From Mobula hypostoma (taxonomy: Eukaryota): a DNA stretch of 64,000 nt. Shown here piece by piece: positions 51,015 through 64,000 of the stretch (within the stretch, counting starts at the first letter, position 1; each line of letters starts with the position of its first letter). Position numbers and translations under genes: made by a program. The stretch spans positions 37,822,001-37,886,000 of the forward strand of contig NC_086109.1 of NCBI RefSeq assembly GCF_963921235.1, read 5' to 3'. Under the pieces are notes generated by a model. That model was given only the letters and a program-made list of their open reading frames with translations. It was not told the origin of the DNA and ran no database searches.

Positions 51015-53260
51015 TATAAGACACTGGAACAGAATGAGACCATTTGGCCCATCAAGTCTGCTCTGCCATTTGATCATAGCTGATCCATTTCCCTCTCAAT
51101 CCCATTCTCCTGCCTATTCCCCACAATCTTTCATGCCCTGACTACCAAGAATCTATCAACTTCTTCATTAAATACACTCAGTGAACTCACCTCCACAGCT
51201 GCCTGTGGCATCAATTCCCACCGATTCACCACCCTCTGGCTAAAGAAATTTCTCCTCATCTCTGTTCTAAATGGAATTCCCACTATTCCAATGACTGAGC
51301 CCTCAGGTCCTAGATTAGAAACATCCTCTCTGCATTCACTCTATCTAGGTCTTTCATTGTTCGATAGGTTCCAATGAGATCCCCCCTCATTCTTCTAAAT
51401 TCCAGAGAGTAGAGGGCCAGAGCCATCAAACGCTTCTCATATGATAAGCATTTCAGTCTCTGAATCATTTTCATGAACCTCCTTTGAAACCACTCCAATG
51501 TCGGCACATTCCTCCTTAGATAAGGGGCCCAACAGTGCTCACAATACTCCAAATGCAGCCTCGCCAGTGCCTTATACAGCATCAGCATTACATCCTTGCT
51601 TTTATATTCTAGTCCTCTTGAAATGAATACCAACATCGTATTTGCCTCTCTCACCATCATGTCAGCCTGCAAGTTAACCTTTAGGGAACCCTGTGTGAGG
51701 ACTCCTGAGTCCCTTTGCACCTCAGAATTTTGAACTTTCTCCTCATTTAGAAAATAACCTATGCCGTTATTCCTTCTACCAAAGTGCATGACCATACTCT
51801 TCCTGATACTGTATTCCATCTGCTACTTCCTCGTCCATTCTCCTAATCTGACTAATTCCTTCTGCAGCCTCCCTTCTTCCTGAACACCACTTGCCCCTTT
51901 ATCTATCTTTGTATCATCCGCAAACTTGCTACAAAGCCATTAATTCCGTTATCCAAATCATGGACATACAACATAAAAAGAAGTGGTCTCAGCACAGACA
52001 CCTGCGGAACACTACATGTCACTGGCAGCCGATCAGAAAAGGCTCCCTTTATTCCCACTTTTTGCCTCTTGCCAATCTGCTAATGCTCTGTCCATGCTAG
52101 TGACTTTCCTGTCATACCATGGGCTCTTATGTTGCTAACGTGTGGCACTTTGTCAAAGGCTGCTTGCAAATTCAAGTACACAACATCCACTGATTGTCCA
52201 TTGTCTACCCTGCTTGTTATTTCTTCAAAGAATTCCAGCAGATTTGTCAGACAAGATTTTCTCATGCTGCCTTTGGCCCATTTTATCATGTGCCTCCAAG
52301 TACCCCTGAAACCTCATTCTTAACAATCGACTCCAACATCTTCCCAATGACTGAGGTTTAGACCAACCAGCCTATACTTTCCTTTCTTCTGCCTCCCACC
52401 CTTCTTGAAGAGTGGAGTGATATTTTGCAATTTTCCAGTTCTCCAGAACCATGCGAGAATCTAGTGATTCTTTAAGGATCATTACTAATGCCTCCACAAT
52501 CTCTTCAGCTACCTCTTTCAGAACACTTAGGTGTAGTCCATCTGGTCCAGGTGACTTATCTACTTAAGGCCCTTCAGCTTCCTTAGCACCTTTTCACTGG
52601 TAATGGCAACTGCCATCACTTCTGCCCCCTGGCACTCTTGAACTTCCAGCATACTGCAAGTGTGTTCAATATTTATTCAATTCCTCCACCATTTCCTTGT
52701 CCCTCATACTACCTCTCCAATGGTTTGATACCTACTGTCCTCTTACCTCTGCTTTACTCTTCATATATCTGAAAAAAACTTCTGGTATTCTCTTTGATAT
52801 TATTGCTAGCTTACCTTCATATTTAATCTTTTCATTACTTCTGCCTTTTTAGTTGCTTTCTGTTGGTCTTTAAAAGTTTCCCAATCCTCTAACTTCCCAC
52901 TAATTTTTGCTCTAATATATGCCCTCTCTTTTGCTTTTATGTTGGCTTTGACTTCCCTTGTCAGCCATGGTTGTGTCATCCAGCCTTTAGAATACTTCTT
53001 CTTCTTTGCAATGTATCTATCCTGCGCCTACTGAATTGCTCCCAAAACTCCCATTATTGCTGCTCTGCCATCATCCCTGCTAGTGCCCCCTTCCAATTAG
53101 CTTTAGCCAGCTCCTCTCTCATGACTCTTTAATTCCCTTCACTCCAATCTAATACTAATACATTTGACTTTAGCTTCTCCCTCTCAAATTGCAGGATGAA
53201 TTCTATCATATTATAACCACTCTCTCCTAAGGGTTCCTTTACCTTAGGTTCCCTTATTCA
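51015..53260 (-). mobile_element. CR1 LINE ORF2, degenerate
   Basis: ORFs 51310-51819 and 52080-52289 (SCLTNLLEFFEE); 3' tail at 51015. Confidence 0.93.
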
Positions 53261-53279
53261 AGGTTCTGCTGAAAAATCA

Positions 53280-53645
53280 TAAACACAAGAGTTTCTGCAG
53301 ATGCTGGAAATCCAGAGTAACACACAAAATGCTGGATGAGCTCAGCAGGCCAGGCAGCAACTATGAAAGGGAAAAACATGTTGATGATTCAAGCTGAGAC
53401 CATTCACCGGGACTAGAAAGGAAGGGGAAGGAGTCAGAATAAGAAGGTCAGGGAGGGGAAGAAGTTCAAGCTAGAAGTGTGGAGGAAGGTAAGTGGGTGG
53501 GCTACCTCATTTTTAAAAATCTGGCTCCTTTCCCATTTCTTTCCAGTCCTGATAAAGGGTCTCAGTCTGAAACATTAAATCGGTATTCCTTTTCATACAT
53601 GCTGCCTCACCTGCTGAGTTCCTCCAGCATCTTGTGAGTGTTGCT
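53280..53645. mobile_element. Older PLE fold-back unit
   Basis: Minus arm 53280-53500, plus arm 53520-53645 with agtcctgataaagggtctcagtctgaaac. Confidence 0.8.
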
Positions 53646-54159
53646 CAGGAATTCAGGCCGACAGAGGTTTAACAGGTGTGCCAATAAGCAAAGAATGCTC
53701 CAGTCTCACCAGCTTTAGATGACAAATGGGAGTGCACCACAGTGCTTGTTGAAATTTTACTGATCATTCAAGTGGCCCTTGCCACAAACCATGGCCAAGA
53801 TCAGTCTTACAGTTTTTTTTAATATATTCTATGTTTTTCGCCTGATCTTTCTCATTTGTTTTTGTGCAGGAGAGGGGGACTTGGGCGTTGATGATCATGT
53901 TGCTGTTCTTTATTTTCTTAGTTGCATGGCTATCTGGAGAAGAAGAATTTCAGAATTGTATATTTGATAATAAATGAACCTTTGAACCTTTGAAGACCTT
54001 CTGACTGATTTATTCAAACCTAATTTACCTTTTTTGGCCTCACATATTTTTCCCAGCTGTATTTTTAAAATAGTGCTACTAAGAACTAATTTTTATGAAT
54101 ATTGCTAAGGAATGTTTTGAGCAGCTAAAACAGGCTAATTGGTTAATTTATTTTTCCGC

Positions 54160-55195
54160 TCATCCCCACCCTCCTGCATTCTCCCTATAACCTTTGACAT
54201 GCTTGCTAATCAAGAACCTACCAACCTTCATTTTAAATATACCCAATTACGTAGCCTCCAAAGCCATCTGTGGAAATTAATTCTAGTTTCATCATCCTCT
54301 GGTTAAAAAAATCATCTTAATCTGTGTTCGAAAGAGACATCCTTATATTCTAAGGCTGCACTCTCTGGTCCAAGATTCTCTCACTATTGGAGACATTCCC
54401 TCCACGTCCATTCTATCTAGGCTTTTTCTGTATTTGGTAGGTTTCAGTAAAACCTCCCTCATTTGTCTAAACTCCAGCGAGTACAGGCCCAGATCCATCA
54501 AATGCTCATCACAAATTAACCCTTTCATTTCCAGGATCATTCTCATAAACCTCATCTGTACCCTCTCCGATGTCAGCACATCCTTTCTTAGATATGAGGC
54601 CCAAAAGTGCTCACAATACTCAAAATATTTTCTGACTAATGGTTTATAAACCTCAGCATTGCATCTTTGCTTTTACGTTCTAATCCTTTTGAAATGAGTG
54701 CTAACATTGCATTTGCCCTCCTTAATACTAACTGAACCTGTAAGTTAACATTTAGAGAATCCTCCACTAGGAGTCTTAAGTCCCCTTGCAGCTCTGTTTT
54801 ATGAATTCAATCCCCACTTAGAAAATAGTCTATGTCATAATTTCTACTACCAGAGTGCATGACCATACTATTCCCTATGCTTCTTTTCCCATTTTCCTGA
54901 TCTGTCCAAGTCTTTCTGCAGACTCTCTGCATCCTCAACGCTAACTGCCTCACCACCTGTCTTTGTGTCATCTGCATACTTGGCCATAAAGCCATCAATT
55001 CTGTCATCTAGGTTAATATCATATACCGTGAAAAGTAATGGACCCAACAGAAGCTCCTGTGGACCAGTAATGTTCCCTGGCAGCAAACCAGAAAGGGCTC
55101 TCTTTATTCCTACTCTATGTCTCTGTTGCCAGTCAGCCAATCTTCTGTCCATGTTAGTAGCTTTCCTGCAATATCCTGGGCTCTTCTTCAGCAAT
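54160..55195 (-). mobile_element. CR1 LINE RT fragment, continuing at about 56240-56325
   Basis: AKYADDTK, ERVQMRFMRM; KAFDN motif at 56240. Confidence 0.9.
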
Positions 55196-55762
55196 CTCAT
55201 AAGCAATATCTTCCAGTTTAAACTTTTGCTTTAGGTTGGCTCTACTGAGGAGAAATGACAGCTTACTGGCGATTTTCAAAGCAAATACTGTATTAGAAAC
55301 ACTTTTACCATAAAAAATTATGGTAAATGATTATTGCAAACAATGAAGAGGCGAGCAAAGGTGAGGCTGAGTCGAGAATCAAAGTATCCATGCAGGAGCA
55401 AGGTTCAAGACAGAGTTGGAGTGAGCAAAGCGGATGAGCTTCAGAGCCCATCCACCTAAGCTAAGAAGGAGGTTTTATCGATCTAAGCAACAGGACGATT
55501 TGGAAAGGTCGGGTATGGGCCAAAACATAGTGGCAGGGTCTAGACCCAGAGCGTATCAACGCGACAGTGCCCCGGAGTCTTAGAGCGAGGAACAACCCAA
55601 TGTTGGGACGATTTAAATGCCGATTGAAAAGGCTGGATTTCGGGTCCAGAGGTGAGGGTTTGGACAGTTCTGCTTGCTGCTCTATGAGGTTTACTCCGCT
55701 CTTCGCTGCACTGAGGCTGGGGCTGTGAGCCTGCTGTAGCTTCTCCAGGCTTTGTGACTATC

Positions 55763-56037
55763 GCAAACATGAGGAATTCTGCAGATGCTGGAAATTCAAG
55801 CAACACACATCAAAGTTGCTGGTGAATGCAGCAGGCCAGGCAGCATCTGTAGGAAGAGGTACAGTCGACGTTTCAGGCCGAGACCCTTCGTCAGGACTAA
55901 CTGAAGGAAGAGTTAGTAAGAGATTTGAAAATGGGAGGGGGAGGTGGAGATCCAAAATGATAGGAGAAGACAGGAGGAGGAGGGATGGAGCCAAGAGCTG
56001 GACAGTTGATTGGCAAAAAGATTACCAGCAACTTTGG
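55763..56037 (-). mobile_element. Young PLE terminal repeat with a tiny inverted arm, 12-bp TSD
   Basis: TSD tttgtgactatc at 55751-55762 and 56038-56049; accagcaactttg inverted piece at the right end. Confidence 0.93.
55863..55898 (-). ncRNA. Minimal type I hammerhead ribozyme, intact core
   Basis: Exact reverse complement of 11527-11562. Confidence 0.85.
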
Positions 56038-58529
56038 TTTGTGACTATCAACTCACTTTCATTCCAAATGCTAGTGTTTACTTTCATTGTTTGCACGTTG
56101 TGTTTTTTTCACTCTCTCTGCACATTGAGTGTTTGTTGGTCTTTTTTAAAATGGATTCTTTTGGGTTTCTTGTTTAGTGTCTGCCTGTAAGGGGATGAAT
56201 CTCCAGGTTGTATAATTACTTTGTACATTGAACTTTGAACATGTTGTCAAAGGCCTTCTGAAAATCCAAGTAAAAAACATCCTCTGACTCTTCTTTGTTG
56301 ACTCTGCCTGTTACTTCCTCAGAGACATTTTAGTAGCTAACAGATTATATCAACCGTAATAACATGCTGCCAGTATCAGATTGTCAGCTGGAGAACTAAT
56401 GAATGCTAATTTTTTTTCTGCCTTTGTTGGTTGGTGGATCAATCATATGGATTGGCTGCACATTACAGAACTTCTCAACTTTTAAGGTTCACCAGTAACT
56501 GCAATAAAAAAGAAAAGCTGGCAGGTTTCAAAACAAATAGGCAATCTGTTCTCCTAAATTAATAAGAAGTAAAATGATCTCTTGCTTGGTATTGGCAAGA
56601 TCCAACTTCATTAGCATAGCTGTCTATGTGAGCAGACACTGAGTAGAATAGAATTCTGTCCAAATTTCCTTTAGAAGTTTTCCCTTCAGTTCAAAATGAC
56701 ATTAGTGTAATTCTTAATATAACACTTTTACTTTGGGGAAGGGGAATAAAAGTTGTTGCTCTTGCTAATACTTTGAACCCTTTTTATTAGTACATAACAA
56801 ACCAGCTTCTCTATCAACATCTAGAACTCGCATACTGCAAATGCTGATATCTAAAAGTAAACAGAGAATGCTCAACAGGTCAGGCAGCACCTGTGGTGAA
56901 ATGAACTGTATCAGGTCAACAACTTTGCATTTGGCCATTCGATGGAAAGCCCAGGGAAATGTCTCTTTCCACTAACCAGAGCATAATGAGAGGAGAGGAG
57001 AAAACTCTCTGGAAATTACCAGTGCTTCAAAGTAATTTCAAAGTAACATGTTTTCCTTCTACCCTTCCATTTCATCTGTTCTTGAAATGCGTTTAGGAGT
57101 TTTACTTCCTTAACATCTGCAGAAATCATTATTCAGAACAGTATTTTGAACTTTATTAACAATTAAACAAAGCGATAACATTATTTTCTCAAGGTTCCCA
57201 CATAATTAGAAGCTTTATTTAGATTTTACTGGATTTCTAACATCAATATGTCATCATTTCAACTGTGCCATAAATGATGCACCCTTGCAAAGAAGTTCTC
57301 AGTTGTGTCATTGTTGCAACTTGTCTTCTGAAGGGGTGTTGACTGTAATACCCTTTTCATTGAAGTATTTGGTTCTCATTTTATGATAAGGGTGGGACAT
57401 AATTTACTTTAATTACAGCACTTTTATTTGAATTGTTAACCAACGGCTTCAAGATAGCTACACACATTTACACCTTGATGAAACATGCCAGAATTACTTT
57501 ATGAAGTAAATGGGTATCTTCAGATGATACTTTTTCAATATTCAATATACAAGCCAGTTGTGACAGGAAGGCCATAGCCAGTTCATGACTATACAAGAAA
57601 AAAACATATCGGTACGCATCAAGTATTTCACATCTGGGACTGCTGACATTCTCCTTAACTTCCAAAAAGCAATCCATAGATCAGCCTGATTAAATTCTTA
57701 TTAATATTTCCTTTCCTGTGTTAAATGGGGAGTACATAAAGGAATTATTTTAATATGGAAATGCTGTTTGTAACAGACAAACATCTAAGATCCTGCTTTC
57801 GAAACTGGATGCTGCCATAGATTATATAAATGTCAGGCAAGATGAAAACTGCTTCAACATAAAACACTTAAGATTTCACTCATGAGTAGCTGTGTACCAT
57901 GTGTAATTGTCTTCTGTTTTCTTTAAAAGCAAGACTCTTGTGCTTAACAAAAGAATCGGAGGTCGATAAACATATTCAATTGGCAGGGGTCACAGGATAG
58001 TGATCAGGAGCAGGAACTCTTGTTGATTGTTTCCCTCCCCCACCCAACCTCCAATCTACGGGACACTGCACTAATCTTAGCCTACTCTGCAGTCCCAATT
58101 TAAGATCAACAAACATAATATGCACCAGGCATTGGAAAGTATTTTTCAGAACTATATTGTACTCATCAGGCGAAACAACAATTAAGACTGATACCATTAT
58201 GTATGGCATCCATTCTCATTTCTACACTTCTGTTTCTATAACTTAAAAGGTGTTTATTTAGCATATATATTATTTCCAATTGCCTTATAGTATGACCTGC
58301 CAAGATTGACGTCTCAGTAGCAATGCTGAATGAAAGCAAAGATGTGTTTCCTGAAATGGCCTTGCTACCTTCAATAGCAGTTAGTGCTTGTAGTAACCAT
58401 CAAATGGCTCCTTTCAATCCTCCCAATCCTGCCCTGAAGCATTTTAAGAACAAGAAATTATGTTGTTACCTAAGGTCCGAGGAAATTGCTATCTGTACTT
58501 TAATTCACTGAAGAATTTGGTGTTGTGCA

Positions 58530-59070
58530 GGGGTCTGAGTTGGGATGCTTCTTTTCGCTTTATATATCAATGATTTGGATGATGAAATTGTTGGCTTTGT
58601 GGCCAAGTCTACAGATGATACAAAGATAGATGGAGGGGCAGGTAATGTTGAGGAAGCTAGGAGTCTGCAGAAGGACTTGAACAGATTAGTACAATAGGCA
58701 AAAAAGTGGCAGATAGAATACAGTATAGGAATGTGTTTGGTCATGCACTTTGGTAGAAGGAATTAAAACATAGATTATTTCCTAAACAGGGAACAAATTC
58801 AGAAATTAGAAATGCAAAGGGACTTGGGAGTCCTAGTGCAGGATTCCTTAAAGATTAATTTAGGTTAATTTTCCTAAAGATTAAATCATTAGATATGTTT
58901 AAAGCAGTGTTTGATAGATTCTTGATTAGTAAGGGCAACAAAGGTTGTGGGGAGAAGGCCGGAAAAATGGGTTTGAGAGAGAAAATAAATCAGCCAACAT
59001 GGAATGGCAGAGCATACTCAACGGGATGAATGGCCTATTCTGCTCCTATAACTTACGGTCTTTTGGTCTT
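58530..59070 (+). mobile_element. CR1 RT fragment and 3' tail
   Basis: YINDLDD..AKSTDDTK; tcttttggtctt tail. Confidence 0.88.
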
Positions 59071-59344
59071 AAATTCCAGTTTACACATGTGGTTATCAGC
59101 ACGATGAAATCCCTGGAAGGTTGTGACCTATTTTATTTGTATTTTCCTTTATGTTCAGTCTGCACTCCTTTCAGCTCCCTACCATTCTGACGTCAATGCA
59201 AATGCAACATGAACTACAAGAGTTTAAGCCCCTGTATTATAGGGAGGTAGATCAAAAGAGCACAGTCACACCTGCTTGAATTTCTAGAGCTTTTTTGTGT
59301 TGCCCTTTTTTTGCCGGACAATCCAACATCGAGCACTATTGGTT

Positions 59345-61770
59345 TTAAGAAGTGAGCGGAGACAGTGAGGATATTTTGTGCTTATGAGGAGACATTGGAT
59401 TGTGTGTAGTGGGTGAGGGATTTCAGAAGAAGTGAGCAGGGCAGTCAGAACCTTCTGTGCCCCACAGTACCAGTGAAGATGTTGGATTATGCATAATTAG
59501 GCACTTGGCAAGAGCCAATAAAGTTAGGGTTAGGTGAAGTGGCCATTGTGTGAGTGGCCCAGTGTTAAGGTGAGGAGTTGAAGCTTTGGCTCAAGAGGTT
59601 TTAAGGAGAAGAAGCAAAGGCTGTAGCGAGATTTTTTAAAATTTTCTTTCTTTCTTTCTTATTGTAGTTAGAGCAGTGGGGATGCCAGACAGGATAGTGA
59701 AATGTTCCTCTTGTGGGATGTGTGAAGACAGGGATACCTCCAATATCTCTGACAACTACTCCTGCAAAAAGTATCATCCACCTGCAGTTTCCGAAGGACC
59801 CTGCTGCTGGACCTAGTGGAATTCTAGATTATTTAGGAGACTGAAGAAATGATTGACAGGACCTACAGGGAGGTAGTTACACCCAAAGTGCAGGACACAG
59901 GTAACGGGGTGATCATAACGAGGGGGAAAGGGGATGGGCAGCTAGTTCAGAGTACCCTTGTGGCTGTTCCCCTCAAGTACAGGTATACCGCTTTAGATTC
60001 TGTTGCGGGGGATGACTTAGCAGAGGAAAGCCACAGTGCTCAGGTCTCTAGCACTGAGTCTTGCTCTGAGGTTCAGTAGAGAAGGGGGAAGAAAAGTCAA
60101 AAATTAGTGTTAGGGAATTCAATAGTTAGGGATACAAACAGGATATTCTGTGGACATGAATGAGATTCCCAGATGGTATTTTGCCTCTCAGGTGCCAGGA
60201 TCAGGGATGACTTGTATTGAGTTCACTGCATTTTTAACTGGGAAATTGAGCAACCAGAGGTCGTGGTCCATGTTGGTATCAATGACATGGGTAGGAAAAA
60301 TGATCAAATCCTGCACACTGAGTTCGGGAAGTTAGGTGCTAACTTAAAGGATAGGGCCTCCAGGGTTGTGGACTCAAGAATTGGTACCCACACCATTTGC
60401 TAGTCAGGCCAGAAATAGGGAGATAACAGTTTTAGATCATTGGACTCTCTTCCAGGGAAGGTGGGACCTGTACAGACAGGATAATTTCCACCAAAACTGG
60501 AGGGAGACTAATACCTTTGCAGGAAGGTTTGCTGGTGCTGCATGGTGGTGGGGTTAAACTAGATTTGCAGAGGGATGGGAAGCAATGCATCGGAGCAGAC
60601 AGTGGAGTGGTTGTGAGGAAAGATGTTGTTAAGTCTACATACAAAGTCAGGAATTGAAAGTTTGAGCATGGTGGGACTAATGTTTTGAGTTGTGTGTATT
60701 TCAATACAAGGATTATTGTAGGAAAGGCGTATGAGCTCAGGGCATGGACCAGCATGTGGAATGATGACATTGTAGCTATTAGTTAGACTTGGTTGCAGGA
60801 GGGGCAGGACTGGCAGCTCAATGTTCCAGGCTCCCGTTGCTTTAGATGTGCTAGAGCAGGAGGGATTAAGGGGGGAAGGGTGGCACCACTCATCAGGGAA
60901 AATGTCACGACCGTGCTCAGACAAAACAGACCAGAGAGCTCGTCTACTGAGGCTATATGGGTAGAATTTAGGAATAAGAAGGGAATGACACATTACTGGG
61001 ATTATATTATAGACCACCCAATAGCTAGCAGGATTTAGAGGAACAAGTATGTAGAAAGTTCACAGACTATCACAAGAAACATTAAGGTTGTGACAGTTAG
61101 TGATTTTAACCTTCCATATTTTGACTGGGACTCTCAACCCATAAAAGAGCTAGATTGGAAGGTGCTTGTCGAATGTGTTCAGGAAAGTTCCCTTGATCAA
61201 CATAGAGAGGTTCCAACTATAGAGTGTGCAATACTTGATTTCCTCTGAGGGAATGAGACAGGATAGGTGACAGATGTTTGTGTAGGGGAACATTTTGCAT
61301 GAAGCGATCATAATGCCATTAGTGTCAAGATAATTATGGAGAAGGATAGATCTGGTCCTTCAGTTGAGATTATAAATTGAACAAGGGCCAATTTTGATGG
61401 TAGCAGAAAGGATCTGGCAAGTGTGGATTGGAACAGGTTATGTTCTGGCAAAGGTGTGCTTGGTAAGCCAGAGGCTTGCAAAGGTGAAATTTTGAGAGTA
61501 CAGAGTTTGTATGTTCCTGTCAGAATAAAGGGCAAGGATAACAGATTTAAAGAACCTTAATTTTTGGGTGATATTGAGGTCCTGGTTGAGAAGAAGAAGG
61601 AAGTGCACAGGTGATTTGGGCAGGACAGAACAAATGAGGTACTTGAGGAATACAGGAAAGGCAAGAGAACACTTAAGAATTAAATCAGGATGGCTAAAAG
61701 AAGGCATGAAGTTGCTCTGGCAGGCCAGGTTGAAGGAGAATCCCAAGGGCTTCTGCAGATATATTAATAT
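59345..61770 (+). mobile_element. CR1 LINE 5' portion: 5'UTR, ORF1 (zinc finger, SGNH esterase) and ORF2 APE endonuclease
   Basis: ORF1 from ATG 59682 (CSSCGMCE..YSCKK, LVLGNSIVRDT, VVHVGINDM); ORF2 CVYFNTR, WQLNVPG.RCFR, DFNLP, SDH. Confidence 0.88.
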
Positions 61771-61932
61771 AGCTTGAATGAGAAGACACTGCAGGGATAT
61801 TCTTGTAATTTTTAAATTATGAATAAAGTTTACTTTGGTAAAAAATATTCTAGTCCTTTCTGTTTTGCCTTTTAATTGTCCTGTTGTGTTCTGATTTAGA
61901 TTGTATGTAAAATGTATCTACCTTCTTCATCG

Positions 61933-62465
61933 AGTATGGGAGCAGTCAAGCAGTGGACTGGAAGTCCCTACAAAGGACTGTGAGAACAGCTGAGAGGATC
62001 ACAGGGGTCTCCCTACCATCCATTGGGGACATTTATCAGGAGCACTGCATATGCAAGACCCTTAGTATTATTAAGGATCCCACCCATCCATCCAGCATCC
62101 TCTCTGACTTTCTACCATCAGGCAGGAGACTATGCATGAAAACAAGAACAGTCAGGATGAGAACCAGTTTCTTCCCTCAAGTCATTAGGCTCCTGAACTC
62201 CCAGCCGCATTGTATTCGAAGTGTCACTGGTTAATCTGTTCCATACCTTCCAATATTTAAAAGTAATGCACTTTAGCTTGATATTAATGTGTGATTCATC
62301 TATAGATTTTATCCATACCTTCATAAGTTATTGTGTGTTTTATGCTTTATGTTTACTACTGTACTTTACATCCTGGTTCGAAGAAACTTTGTCTCATTTC
62401 TATATACATTATATGGCTATATATGTTATATAGATGTATCTAGTTAAATGACAATAAACTTGACT
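61933..62465 (+). mobile_element. Rex1/Babar-type LINE 3' end
   Basis: KSLQRTVRTAERITG..IIKDPTHP..LPSGRR..SFFPQVIRLLN; caataaacttgact tail. Confidence 0.88.
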
Positions 62466-62699
62466 ATATTGGCAGGTATAGTATTACAATTTCGCAAGTA
62501 TTTTGAAAAATATCAAGCTATAAACTAAAACTGTTTTTGAATTTGTTCCTGGAAACTACAAAATATTGAAAAAGTACCATTTATTACCCATCCTGGGCAC
62601 TGAAAAAAGTTGATTGAGGGTTCAGTTTGAATCTTGCACTGACAATTTACGCCACAGGAATGGTCACCACCAATGAGGAAGATTAGGCAGAATGGATAT

Positions 62700-63070
62700 T
62701 TGTTCTATAGTTTAGAAGAATGAAAGGATATGTTCTTGAAATATTGAGGGTTCTCAGGGTTAGCAGGATATATGTTGGTTGGGTGTTTCCCTTGGCTGAG
62801 AATCTTAATATCAAGGATCACCATCTGAAAATAAGGGAAGGGAAAGGTGAGAATAAAATATCCCCAGTCAGAGCTTGGTACATCTTTGAATTCTCTTTCT
62901 AAGAGGGTGTGGATAATCAATGAATGAGTATATTCAAGGAAGAGCACTGTTTTAACATATTAAGGGAATTAAAAGGGTCAATTCAGGAAAATAATCCAAG
63001 ATAAATGATCAATTGAGATCTTTTTAAAAAGGCATTAGGATGGCCTAGTCCTGTTTCAAATTCTTATGTT
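62700..63070 (+). mobile_element. Old CR1 3' end
   Basis: tttagaagaatgaaagg...gatggcctagtcctgtttcaaattcttatgtt. Confidence 0.7.
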
Positions 63071-64000
63071 CAGATCCTGTGCAAAAAAGTGATGCGTGGG
63101 ATCAAAATGAACTGTTTGCCCCTTTCCTGGATAGCTCTATTAAGAATCTGACTTTTTACAAAATTCAGCAACTTCAATGATTTTTGTTTATCTGACGCTA
63201 GCTTAGATACAAGCAGACCAATTTCGTAACTTTTCAAAGTATAATTTGAATTCAGAGCTTCTGGGTTGCCAATCAAATACAACAATGTATCATCACTCTA
63301 CCTCCTCATCAAATGACAGCTAAAGAGTTTTCTGCTTTTCTGAACTTTCAAGTCCATACTTGTAGCTGATCGATACCCCAATTATACAAATTTATCTCTA
63401 ATCACTTACTTGCATTTGAATGAAGTTAAACAGAGAATTTAATTTCATGTTCTAAATATAAATGGGGTTCTTGCAGAGGTAAAATAAAATGGCCAGGAAC
63501 AAACTCTTCAATATAAGCACTGCATCTTCATGGCAGATTACCCCCATAGGCCACACACAGAAAACGCTGCCAAAAAAATAGAACCGATTCTTTCAGATAA
63601 ATGCCATGTATTATTTTGTGGTTTCAGGAGAAATAAGGGAAGACACTTGGGATTTGCAATAAGTTTGCCGGCTGCTGTCAGCTTGGGTTCCTTCTGTCTG
63701 TTAAAACAAATTTTCTTCGCTTTCTGTGCTCCACCCATCCACCCAGCAATGGATTCAACTTATTCTGACTGGTTAAGGCCTTGAGCAAAGGAATACTCAA
63801 CTGGTCTAGTTGAGGTAAGCTGCATTTGGGACATACTGCACTTGTACATATTTTCATAAGCGTTTCCACTGTCAATTTAGACTGACATTGTCCACTGCTG
63901 GTCCACCATTAGTTAAGCTATTTTCCAATACGTCTTTCTCTGGAGTTAATCTGAATTTGTTTTAAAATGACAATGTAAAATAAAAAATGTGATGAGCTCA

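Overview
This is AT-rich vertebrate genomic DNA, almost certainly from a cartilaginous fish (ray or shark), judging by HER1/CR1-type LINEs and HE1/V-type SINEs. It looks intronic or intergenic and is dominated by nested transposable elements. I found no intact host exon. Main contents: (1) many CR1 LINE copies of different ages; (2) a near-intact Neptune-type Penelope-like element (RT + GIY-YIG) at 9203-11622, plus about 12 terminal-repeat derivatives carrying minimal type I hammerhead ribozyme motifs, some inserted as fold-back units with 12-14 bp TSDs; (3) a full-length RTE LINE interrupted by a CR1; (4) a full-length IR/DR Tc1 transposon; (5) mariner- and Tc1-type MITEs; (6) several tRNA-derived SINE families, Rex1-type 3' ends and Gypsy fossils. 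The most notable item is a two-LTR Gypsy element (17958-21068, minus strand) whose RT/RNaseH/integrase core is replaced by an apparently intronless fragment of the host splicing-factor mRNA RBM25, which points to LTR-mediated gene capture. All calls come from reading the sequence and recalling motifs; no database searches were run.
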